Below the pieces are notes generated by a model. That model ran no database searches. It saw only the letters and a list, made by a program, of their open reading frames with translations, and was not told the DNA's origin. Of a stretch of DNA of 64,000 nt, positions 37,247-47,700 are shown one piece after another (the first letter of the stretch is position 1; every line of letters starts with the position of its first letter). The position numbers and the translations under genes were made by a program. Source of the stretch: Tubulanus polymorphus (Eukaryota > Animalia > Nemertea); the NCBI RefSeq assembly GCF_964204645.1, contig NC_134034.1:8816962-8880961 (forward strand), in the 5' to 3' direction.

Positions 37247-38658
37247 ATGGATGTAGAAGATATTCCATTGGAGGATCCTTTAGATAAACCTGGTATAACT
37301 GATGAACAACAACCTGATTTTAGTGAAATAAGTTTTAATGATGGTAATGAGCCAGGACGTAAATCTAATTTAAATACACCTGCATATATTGATAAAACAC
37401 GTTCAAAGATAAGTATTGAAAATGAAGTACCAGAATTAACAGAAAAAGAATACAAATATAATGAAATTATTCGTGATTTTAAACCAATGTTAAAAAGATC
37501 TGGTTTCAATATAACAAATAAAGGTATGAATTATTTAGTAAAAGATTTGAAATATTTTAATGGTGATTATTATTGGAAATTGAAAGGCAACTATTATTTT
37601 AAGATTTCAAATCTTAAAAGTACCGATAAAATAATGAAACAATCAACTTTTAATTTATTAAAACAATCTAGAATTAAAAAAATCGTTAATGATGTTATAA
37701 CTGATGATAATATAATCAAGAGATGATAATATAAGAGAATTTAAACAAAGAAATGATTTTGAAGATAATTAATGAAAATTTAGAACCAGAAACAATTACT
37801 AAAGAAGTTATTAATTCCAAAACTAGTGAACCTAAATCAAGAAGAGTTCAAACTGAAAAACTTTTACCAAATGGATTACTTGATGCAACAGATCAAGAAT
37901 TAGAAGATTTAAATAATATATTTTCTGTTGATGTAATTAGAGAAATTGAAAGAATAAGACATGCATCTGATAAAATTGCGCATGATAAAAGTATAAGAGA
38001 TATTGAAATTAGAAATTTAGAAATAGAATTAACTGATAAAAATAAAGAAATAGAACAATTAAAGTCTGATCTTGATCGTCAAGTAATTGATGAAATGGAA
38101 TATAGGAAAAAAGAATTCCGTTTGGAAAAAGAAATTGATGATTTAAAAGATATTTTAGAAGTACTGAAAGGTGAAAGAGATATATTATTAAAAGAATGTG
38201 GTAATAATTTTAAAAAATTAAAAGATGTTTTTAAAGATTTGTTGATAGAACCAGATTCTAAAATATCGTTGAAAGATAGAATAAGATTATTATTTAAATT
38301 AGAAGGAATAACAATTCTTTCAATTCTAACAGCTGTAACCATGTTATTTACAACAATTGGTTTAGCAATATCAAATGCTTTGAAATCTACTCCTACTCCC
38401 AATAAACCGGATAAACCCCCAGATAATTCTATACAAGATAAAGTTAAGGATGGTTTAAAGAAATTAGCAAAATATTTATGGGAACTATCTAAAAAATCTG
38501 CTGCAGCATTACCAGGAATTATTGCATCAATTGTTGGTTTTATATTGAAATTTACAGGAAACATTATTAACTTTGCTGCTGAACATATTATTTTATTTTT
38601 AATTACAGTTGTAAGTGCTATTATTATTGGATTAGTAAACATGATAAAAAATACATAA
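37247..38658 (+). pseudogene. Coiled-coil protein with C-terminal membrane helices, split into two ORFs
   Basis: ORFs 37247-37726 and 37753-38658; heptad-like E/K-rich region followed by 2-3 hydrophobic helices. Confidence 0.65.
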
Positions 38659-38678
38659 TTAATTTTTTTGTTAAATAA

Positions 38679-39926
38679 ATGAGTGGGAGTTATATCAATC
38701 CTTCTAAGAATCATAGAATATCTAATGCTATTAAAGCAGAAAGATCACATCATATAATTACTCATAACCCTTCTAATATTAATCCTGATGAAACTTTATA
38801 TGTTAGAATTCCTCAATTAACACAAAATACTTTTTATGTTCCAAATAGTATTTATTTATCAGCCGATATAAAAGTAACCGGTAATAATAATAATTATGTT
38901 GTTGATAATGTTGGAAGATATTTGATTAAAAAATTAACTATAAAGATTGGTCCAGAAACAGTTTTCTCATTAGATGATTATAATTTATTTATGCATTATA
39001 AAGATTTATGGTTAACTAAAGAAAATAGAAATAATATGATATTACAAGGAATCCAATCAGAAAACCAAAATAAATTAAGATCTGAAGCCAATAATGCAGT
39101 AGTAACTAATGCTGTAGATAATTTGATAAAAAAGATTTATGGAAACAAATATAAAATTCCATTAGACTTTGAATTGATAAATAATAATGCACCTTTATAT
39201 AAATACGCAATTCAAGAAGACGTTATATTCGAAATAACATTTGCTCCTGGTAATGAAATTGTATTATCTAGCGTTGTTAAAGATATGAGTTATGAATTAT
39301 CGAATATATGTTTAGAATATGATACAGTAACTGATGAAAATATTTCAAGTATAATTCAAACTAAATACAATCAAGGATTTTCATAATTATATGATTATAT
39401 TGATAAATTCAAAACTGTAACTATTAATGCAAATGATGAAATAATCAATGAGAATATTAACTTCCCAAGAAGATCTATTAAAGGTATATTAATATTTTTT
39501 ACCATTGCAACATATACTAATGGCGCAATAAATGTTGATAATTATTATAATCCTGAAATAACAAAAGTAGAAATAACTATCGAAGGAATAGCAAATAAAA
39601 TATTTTGTCAAGGAATGAGAATGATTGATCAATGGCCAGAAATTAGAAAACATTTTATGAATGAAAAAGTAAAATCATCTGAAAATTGTAATATTAATCA
39701 AATTGATTATTATACCGGTAATAAATATGCATTATGGTTAGATTTTAGAACAACAGAGGATAATTCATTACATGGTTCTGGAAAAAAATTACAAAACACT
39801 AAAGATGGAATACAATTATTCATGACAAAGAAAAAAGGAAGCCTAAATTTTAAAATGCACATTTATATTATATCTGACGCGCAATTAAATATTGTAAATT
39901 CTCAATTAAATAGTGTTATGTATTAA
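38679..39926 (+). pseudogene. Major capsid protein (double jelly-roll type), one premature stop at 39384
   Basis: ORFs 38679-39386 and 39615-39926 share a frame (~415 codons); ITHNPS, LEYD, INENINFPRRSIKGIL, ALWLDFR..LHGSG..ISDAQLNI motifs. Confidence 0.8.
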
Positions 39927-39958
39927 AATTTTAACTTTAATAAAAATTTATATAATAA

Positions 39959-40839
39959 ATGGAAGGAGGTAAAGTATATAAACATATTCCATACATCGAT
40001 ACGCATGAAAATAATGATGGTTTATATTATGTAATACCTTGTAATATAGCTTTGATATTTGATCCTATTTTCAAAATTTATAAAACTAAACTAATAGAAA
40101 TAGATAATAATAAAAGTGGTGTTGTTGATAATTTAAGTAATGTATACCTTCTACATCTAATAATGTAATACCTTCTACATCTAATAATGTAATACCTTCT
40201 ACATCTAATAATGTAATACCTTCTACATCTAATAATGTAATACCTTCTACATCTAATAATGTAATACCTTCTACATCTAATAATGTAATACCTTCTACAT
40301 CTAATAATGAAATAATATTAAATTTTAGTGAAAATAGAAATTATTGTGGATATTGTAAAAGTGAATTTTCAAACGCTACATCAAATTGGAATAAACATAT
40401 GAATACAAGGGTACATATAAATAATGTTATAAAACGTGTTGGTTTAAAAGAATTTATAGAACACCCATTTAGATATGTTACAAAGTTTGTTTCAAATCAA
40501 AAAGTAAATGGTGAAAAAATATATGAAGATTTATTATTAGCAACACCTAATAAAGATGAATTAGATCTAACCGATGCTAATGAAATATTAAAACCAAACA
40601 CTGTAAATGAAATATAAGGAGCAAACACTAATAAAGATAATAATGAAAATGGTGCCATACGGCACCCACATGGTGATATAGTTACAGATATTGATAATAA
40701 AGATTCTATGAAACATAAAGAAGAAACTATTGATGATGCGGTAGAAAGGATGAAAAAGTATAAAAATAAAACAACTATTGACGATGATACGGTAGAGAAT
40801 TTGAATAAATTTTTAGGGTCTGATAGTGAAAGTGATTAA
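39959..40839 (+). pseudogene. C2H2 zinc-finger protein with VIPSTSNN octapeptide repeats, disrupted
   Basis: 1-nt loss at ~40144; the repeat frame runs into YCGYCKSEFSNATSNWNKHMNTRVH; stop at 40615. Confidence 0.65.
40145..40309 (+). repeat. Perfect 24-bp minisatellite, ~7 copies
   Basis: TACCTTCTACATCTAATAATGTAA from 40145 with period 24. Confidence 0.95.
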
Positions 40840-40871
40840 AATATTAATTATATTTAACACAAATAATAATA

Positions 40872-41335
40872 TTGGTTGAAAATTGTATAAAATAATAGTA
40901 AATAAAAAAGGGGGTTTTAAGTATTTAAGGTATTTAAGGTATCTAATACATATCTAATACAATCTAATACAATCTAATACATAAAATATCTTATTTTATA
41001 AACTGATATTCATATGGAAATTGAAACCTCAGTAATAATAAATAACCTTTATTATTTTCAAACTTATTCATATATTAGTTGAAAAAATAAAAATAAATTG
41101 GTTGATAATTGTATAAATAATATTTATTTTAAAAAAGGGGGTTTTAAGTATTTAAGGTATCTAATAGGGTATCAGGTATTAGGGTATCAACTAGGGTAAC
41201 AGGTATTAGGGTATCTAATAGGGTATCTAATACATAGGTATACAAATAGTTATTTTATAAATTTATATTCATATGGAAATTGTTATCTCAGTAATAATTT
41301 TGAACCTTTATTATTCTTTAATTTATTCATATATT
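40872..41335. repeat. Diverged tandem duplication covering the ATPase 3' end and the convergent intergenic region
   Basis: TTGGTTGA.AATTGTATAAA...AAAAAAGGGGGTTTTAAGTATTTAAGGTAT at 40872 and 41098; TTATTTTATAAA...ATTCATATGGAAATTG at 40991 and 41250. Confidence 0.8.
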
Positions 41336-41861
41336 CATCATGTAACTCAGTAGGTATAATTTAATTTTCTTCCAATGATTGCTGCATAGATTTTTTATCT
41401 TTGTTATAAAATAAAACTAGAAATCTTATATTCTCCCTAAAGTCTTTAACAATTGTATTATATTTTTGATTTAAAACCCATGTTGTTATCCCAAAATGTC
41501 TCCCAGAGAAAGCTAGATAACATAACTCACTTTCTCTAACTTTTGAATCATGTAAATGTGCGCAATCATCTACAATGAATAATGTATTTGATCCTTTATA
41601 AGTATCAATTGCTATTTTAATACAATTATCTAAATTTTCTTTTACTGTTTTAGGATCTAATATAATAAACTTTTTTATCTTAACTATATCTCTATTATAT
41701 GTTTCGTTCATTTCATAAGTAGGACAGAATAATATTATATTATCAAAATGATTCTTATAAATAGTTTCTAACAAATCTAATATGAAATGTGTTTTACCAC
41801 AATTGGTTACTCCAGTAACTAACATATTATGCGGTTCAAATATAAATAAATCTTTATTCAT
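41250..41861 (-). pseudogene. A32/FtsK-like packaging ATPase with premature stops near the C-terminus
   Basis: Walker A GVTNCGKT, Walker B FIVDD, GRH..TWVLNQKY. Confidence 0.9.
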
Positions 41862-42966
41862 TTATTCTTTTAATTTTACTAGATAAAATCCATTCATTAA
41901 ATTTATCATCATATCCTTTATATTTCACCAAAGAATACTTTTTTCCTTTAAGAGTTTTTGTTTTCAATACTTTTTCTATTTTGTATTCTATTTCATCTGG
42001 ATTTGGTACAAGTGATAATTCTTGTTCATAGAAATAACCTAATATTTCTTCATCTTTTAGATCTTCTAATTTATAAACAAAAGGTTTAGTTAATATTATC
42101 TTTTTAATTTTAAATATTTCTTCAGTAAAATTAGGGGTATAACCTTTATAAAAGGTTTTTCTATATTTAGATATTCTTACGTGTTGTCCAATTTTGAATC
42201 TAGGTTCACCGAAATCATGTGTAACAAACGCGCCATATAAATTATTCCATACTATTTCTGAATTATCTTCTTTTCTAGCTTGTATAGGTTTCATATTTAT
42301 AGAAGTATGTTTAGAATTATTATAACCTTTCACTAAATCATCTAATACATCGATATATTTACATGTTTCATTAGCAGTAAAATATTTCCACATTCTAGTT
42401 TTCAATGTTTTATTAAATCTTTCTATAATAGATGCTTTTTTATCTGAGTGTGTTGAAAAATATTCTACATCGTTATCAGATAATAGTTTTTTAAAATGTT
42501 TGTTATAAAATTCCTTACCTTCATCAAATTGTATCTTATCTGGAATAGCTTCTTTAAATATTGATTTAAAAGCATTTGTCACTTCTATACCAGTTTTATT
42601 TTTGATTGGAATTGACCATGCGTATCTACTGAATATGTCTATAACATTTAATATCCAGAAATATCCTTTGTTGTATTCCTCTAAGTTCTTCATGTCAATT
42701 AAATCTGCTTGCCATTGTTGATCAATATGTGAAACCATAACTTTTCTTGTTATATAAGTTTTATCCATTTTCTTGTGGATTTGATATGTTGGTTGATTTT
42801 GTAACCATGATTTTAACTCACTATATTTTATATCACCATGTGGGTGCCATACGGCACCATTTTCATTATCAGATTTAATTTTATCCCATAATTCTGAAAC
42901 GCTAGAATATGATACTTCACTTTCTGGATTGTAATATAAATCTCTTAAATATTGTTCTTTTTTCAT
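41854..42966 (-). CDS. Retroviral-like (rve) integrase with C-terminal chromodomain
   Basis: WQADLIDM, IQFDEGKEF, IERFNKTLK (DDE); YKIEKVL...VKYKGYDDKFNEWI. Confidence 0.95.
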   Translation of the reverse strand: MKKEQYLRDLYYNPESEVSYSSVSELWDKIKSDNENGAVWHPHGDIKYSELKSWLQNQPTYQIHKKMDKTYITRKVMVSHIDQQWQADLIDMKNLEEYNKGYFWILNVIDIFSRYAWSIPIKNKTGIEVTNAFKSIFKEAIPDKIQFDEGKEFYNKHFKKLLSDNDVEYFSTHSDKKASIIERFNKTLKTRMWKYFTANETCKYIDVLDDLVKGYNNSKHTSINMKPIQARKEDNSEIVWNNLYGAFVTHDFGEPRFKIGQHVRISKYRKTFYKGYTPNFTEEIFKIKKIILTKPFVYKLEDLKDEEILGYFYEQELSLVPNPDEIEYKIEKVLKTKTLKGKKYSLVKYKGYDDKFNEWILSSKIKRINE

Positions 42967-43024
42967 CTTCTTTTAATCCATTAATAATAATTTAGATTTA
43001 GTTTCAATGACTTTATGATTTGAC

Positions 43025-43348
43025 TTATTTTCTGGTATGATATTGATGAGGTTTATTGTCATTGGAATCATCTTTATCATCAGATTTGAATTTTGATTTA
43101 TATATTACACCGGATAATATAATAACTGTTACTAATCCAATTGTAATATATAATTTATAATTACTTCCAGCATTAGAAGAATCAGATGGATTATTATTTG
43201 AATTAATATCAGATAAAGTCTGTGATTCATTTATATCAGTTAATTTCTTTTTCTTAGCTTTTTTTAATTCTGAAGATCTTTTACCTAATTCTCTTGCCCA
43301 TTTAATTTGTTTCTCGGATCTAGGCTTTTTCTTAACGCCATCACTCAT
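43025..43348 (-). CDS. Small basic protein with one TM helix
   Basis: 107-aa ORF, TAAATG start, LYITIGLVTVIILSGVIY. Confidence 0.65.
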   Translation of the reverse strand: MSDGVKKKPRSEKQIKWARELGKRSSELKKAKKKKLTDINESQTLSDINSNNNPSDSSNAGSNYKLYITIGLVTVIILSGVIYKSKFKSDDKDDSNDNKPHQYHTRK

Positions 43349-43900
43349 TTATTTTAGTTAATTTTTGTTCTGATTCAGTTTCTGTTTCGACGTTTGGTTG
43401 TAGTACATCTGTTTCGTTCTTACCTGATTTATATTCCATGACACCAGTAGAAATTAATGTCATAACCGATCCTAATTGGAATGAAGCATAACCAACCCAT
43501 TTTTGTAATTCAGTCATAACTAAGTAGTCATTTTTCAAATCACTATATAATTTATTTTCGTCATTAATTGGTATTAACTGGTTACATAATTTTGAATAAC
43601 ATTTGACAATACCATCTGAAATAGAATCATTTATTCGGGCTAATCTTGCCTCTTCATAAATCTTAAAATATTTTATTACTTTATCTGGTTTCATAGAGTC
43701 TAATTCTTGAAAAGTAATAATTCTATTTAAAAACTCTTTAGATTTTCCACCGGCAATTAATAATTCAAGATGGTGTTTACAATATAAATAGTATTCATAA
43801 TCAATATTGTTATTAACTTGAATAGAATTAGAAACAACTGGATCCTTATTATCACTAATACCTATATTAAAACAGATATATACAATCGAGATTACATTTT
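43341..43900 (-). pseudogene. Polinton hypothetical protein (5' part disrupted)
   Basis: ORF 43341-43694; the frame extends upstream (LELLIAGGKSKEFL). Confidence 0.55.
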
Positions 43901-44108
43901 TTGATATATATATATATATTACAAAGACCTTCAGTGTTACAATTTTGTCCAGAATTCTTTAATTACTGGATTGTTTCCAATCATTTCTTCAATTTCTGGT
44001 AAATATCTGACCACTTCACTAAATGCTAATCCTAATATTTTGAATTTTTTCATATTTTATTAATCTACCTACTCTTCTCAGTTTTCTTTCAAAACCGGCA
44101 CTGGTATC

Positions 44109-44405
44109 TCAACTCATTTTCTTAGTTTTCGATTCTTTGAGTCCCAACAGCAATTTAAGTCGCGTTGCTGGTAATTTTGGTAATTGTAGTTCGCATGATG
44201 ATTGTTTATTACATATTACATCACTCAGAATTTTCACCATTTCTTGATGATAGTCCAAATGTTCTTGTAATTTTTGTGAAGTTTGTTCGTCAATTACGAG
44301 AGTTTCATCCTCCATTTCTATTGATTCCTGAGTTTCACTATCCAGCAGCAATCCTTCCTCACCCGTTGGTTGGCTTAGAATTTCTGGTTGATCTCTGTAT
44401 TCCAT
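44109..44405 (-). CDS. Acidic hypothetical Polinton protein
   Basis: 98-aa ORF with TAAAATG start. Confidence 0.45.
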   Translation of the reverse strand: MEYRDQPEILSQPTGEEGLLLDSETQESIEMEDETLVIDEQTSQKLQEHLDYHQEMVKILSDVICNKQSSCELQLPKLPATRLKLLLGLKESKTKKMS

Positions 44406-46123
44406 TTTAATCTAAAAGATGTCGTGAAAATGGATTACTGTACTTAAATATGTTTAAAGGTTTCCCTACTTCATAATATATGTACTTACATTTAGATTTA
44501 GAACTGTAAACTGTGTTTTGAGAGAGAATATCCAATACGTACTATGTATGTGAAAGTTGATTTCTAACTGCCGACGTGGCGCACGTTCGACCAAACTAAT
44601 TACTTCTGCATGTTTGCCTGGATTGTAACAGATGTTCCTTTGTGATCTAATTGATTAATCCTTTTCAACTGAAATAGCACATTCGACCAATATTCAAATG
44701 AGGTGCGCCCCATTCAACTGAATATGAAATACGGCACAGATGTTTTTGTAAACAACCTAATACAATTACATATAGGCGGTTTGACATAGATCGAGAGTAA
44801 CCGGTTTTCTAAGCGTTTAAGCTTCAACGTATTTTTCATTATGTGTTGAGTTCCATAATTCAACAAATGTCTTTGCTTTATCCAATTGATCTAAATATAA
44901 CTGTAAATCTAGTTTGTTAGATTTAATTATGTTTTCCTTCTTTTCTAAAGGTCTTAGATTCTTCCAATTCCAAATAAGTTTTTTATTGTATTAATCATTC
45001 ATGTCAAATTTAGAAATCGGCAACACGTGATCAATATGAAAGTATTCACGATAATTATCTATATTCATTTTATCATCGAATTGATATATTATCCATGATT
45101 TGAGAAATTCATCTGAACAACCCAACAAATTAGATAATGTTTCTGAATGTGTTTCTTTGTTGAATAATTGTGTTAATCTAGATCTTAAGCATTGTTTCAA
45201 TCTAAAATTAAGATCTGTTTGATATCTTTCTCTCATATATTCTGTCATATAATCATTGTAAGCTTCTCTATTATCTTCTCGATATTGTTTGGTATATAGT
45301 TTAGTACAAGTTTTACAGCAATATTGAAAACCATCTTTGCTAATCTTACGCTTATTAAATTCTGTTATAGCTTGTGGGGCTTAGAACCTTCTTAGCTAAG
45401 AAATAAACTAAAAATCCACGGTATTTAGTTCAAGGTCGTCATATGCGTTTACTACAGCGGAAACGATTAACTACAAAATACAAAAAAGGGAATATAAGGA
45501 CACTTAGTATTTAAGATATTAAAACAAAAGATAAAAATGAAGTAAGTGAAACCTACCGACAGTGAAGCCACGGCGACAAAAATAATAAAACTATGCGCCC
45601 AAAGCGCCCGAAAGACAATCGCCGCGAACACGCCAAAAAATATCTCCACCGACCTTGGGGAGACGGACCGCAGGCCGGACCAGCGTAAACTAAAACGAGC
45701 AGCCGGCTCGGGGCATACATATCACCGACCCCCGAAATTGCCCAACCAATTTCTCACAATTAACTATCATAATAAAATGAACTTATCTTATGCCTAGCTT
45801 CACTGAAGGCAAGATCACGATACCATCAAAAGATACACTATTCTTATCTATCATCAAATACTTCAAAAAATTTAACTAAACTAGAAAATTACAACTTCTT
45901 AATAACAAAATTAAGACGTTTAAGCCACTTGAAATGTCAAGAGCATGATACACTCAACACCAATACATGCTATAGTCCCCTTTTACATTAAATACAAAAG
46001 TAAAATGCAAAAATCAAATTCTGACTCAAGCATAATACAAAAACAAGATCAGTAAATTTATCAATTAAATTACTTAAATGACAGATTAAACTCGAGAAAT
46101 ATAAGTATTACAAGTTTTTAGCA

Positions 46124-47400
46124 TTACTCGGCTTCTAATAATAAAACCAACTTGTGAATCGGACGTACAAGTTCGTTATTGAATGTTTTAACCTTTACAG
46201 ATCTGACAAGCCCTATGGAGTCAGGATAGGTTTCAATGACTCTTCCCATGGCCCAACTATGTCTTGAGCCACTATCGGCCAATAAAACTACATCATTAAT
46301 CTGGACATTACGTTTAGGTGACTGCCATTTCTGGCGCTCCTGTAAAAGAGGAAAGTACTCAGCTAACCACCTGCGCCAGAACTGGTCGGTTAGATACTGG
46401 ACACTACGCCAGCGTTTATGCACATACAAATCATTTTTTACAAATAGACCTGGAACATCACAACTAATACCTCTACCTAGTAAAAGGTGATTGGGAGTTA
46501 GTGGAGGATTATCAGTCACGTCACCTGACTGTCTCGTAAGAGGCCTTTTGTTCAAAATACATTCAACTTCACACATAAGAGTAACCAGAGATTCATCAGT
46601 TAAACGACCCGGGTGCTCTTTGAGCAGCCCATATAAAACTTTCCTAACATCTCGTATAAGCCTTTCCCAGATCCCCCCAAAATGTGAACCTGTAGGTGGG
46701 TTAAACTCCCACTTTACTCCTAATTTCTCTAATACATAACTGATTTTATCCGAATCAAGCTTTTTCAATGACAATTCTAATTCTGACTTAGTACCTACTA
46801 AATTTGTACCATTATCTGAACGAAGGGAGCGTACCGGCCCCCGTCTAGCTATAAACCGTCGGTACGCATCTATACACGAGTATGTCTCTAAGGAATGAGC
46901 AATTTCTAAATGTACGGCACGCGAAGTCATACAGGTAAAGATTACGCCATAACGTTTTACTTCGGATCTTTTGTGCTTAATTACGAATGGTCCGAAATAG
47001 TCAACACCTGTACATGAGAATGGTGGTTCTCGGATAGCTAGTCTTTCTGACGGTAGATCGGCCATTTTTTGTTGACAAAGTCTACCCTGGTATTTTCGGC
47101 ACGGAACACACTTTCCAAGGATAGATTTCACAAGACCTGGTCCACCCTGAATCCAGTAATTCTCACGCAGTTTGCTTTAAACAGCTTGTTTTCCCAGGTG
47201 GCCCATATCGGCATGGGTTTCACGTATCAACAGTCTCGATAAATGTGACAATTTCGGCAAGATAATAGGATGACGAGCTTCAAACGGAACACTTGCTCGA
47301 CTAGTACGTCCGCCTACACGCAGAATACCCAATTCGTCTATAAATGTGTCGAATTTATGCAGCGGACTACACCGTTTTACACGCTTCTTTTCATCCTTCT
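46124..47400 (-). pseudogene. BEL/Pao integrase
   Basis: LRVGGR, HPIILP, VDYFGP, RAVHLE, SDNGTNL, GGIWER; one stop near 47177. Confidence 0.92.
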
Positions 47401-47700
47401 TTAAAGGATTTGTGACACCTAAATTATTTCTGCGGTTTTAGTTAGTATGAATAAAATTATTACCGACAATATTTACGAAAATTAGAAGCAATGAACGTTT
47501 ATATGGTTTTGAGAGCGATTTTGATGGAAAATCTCGCACAACAGTTGAAGCGCGCATCTTCGGGCATTTCCGTCAAACATCGGTGATGATGACGTATAAC
47601 CGAGAAGACGAACGCGGAAGTGGCTCATTGTACAACGAAGGATTGACTAGCGCGGACGATATATTATTCGATTATTCTGTTTTTTCTAAGTTTTTCGATC

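Noticed and set aside
38079-38714. 211-aa minus-strand ORF (and similar antisense ORFs over BEL, PLE and piggyBac genes)
   Set aside because: Shadow frames of recognisable genes on the opposite strand, with no motifs of their own
29872-45372. Contaminating bacterial or phage contig suggested by AT-rich, intronless, dense genes
   Set aside because: Matching TSD, continuity of the interrupted Penelope-like element and a nested BEL insertion show chromosomal integration
45546-45797. Duplicated small ORFs (also 56474-56659; 25517-25705 and 26451-26657)
   Set aside because: They lie in LTRs or TIRs, so their duplication reflects the repeats, not genes
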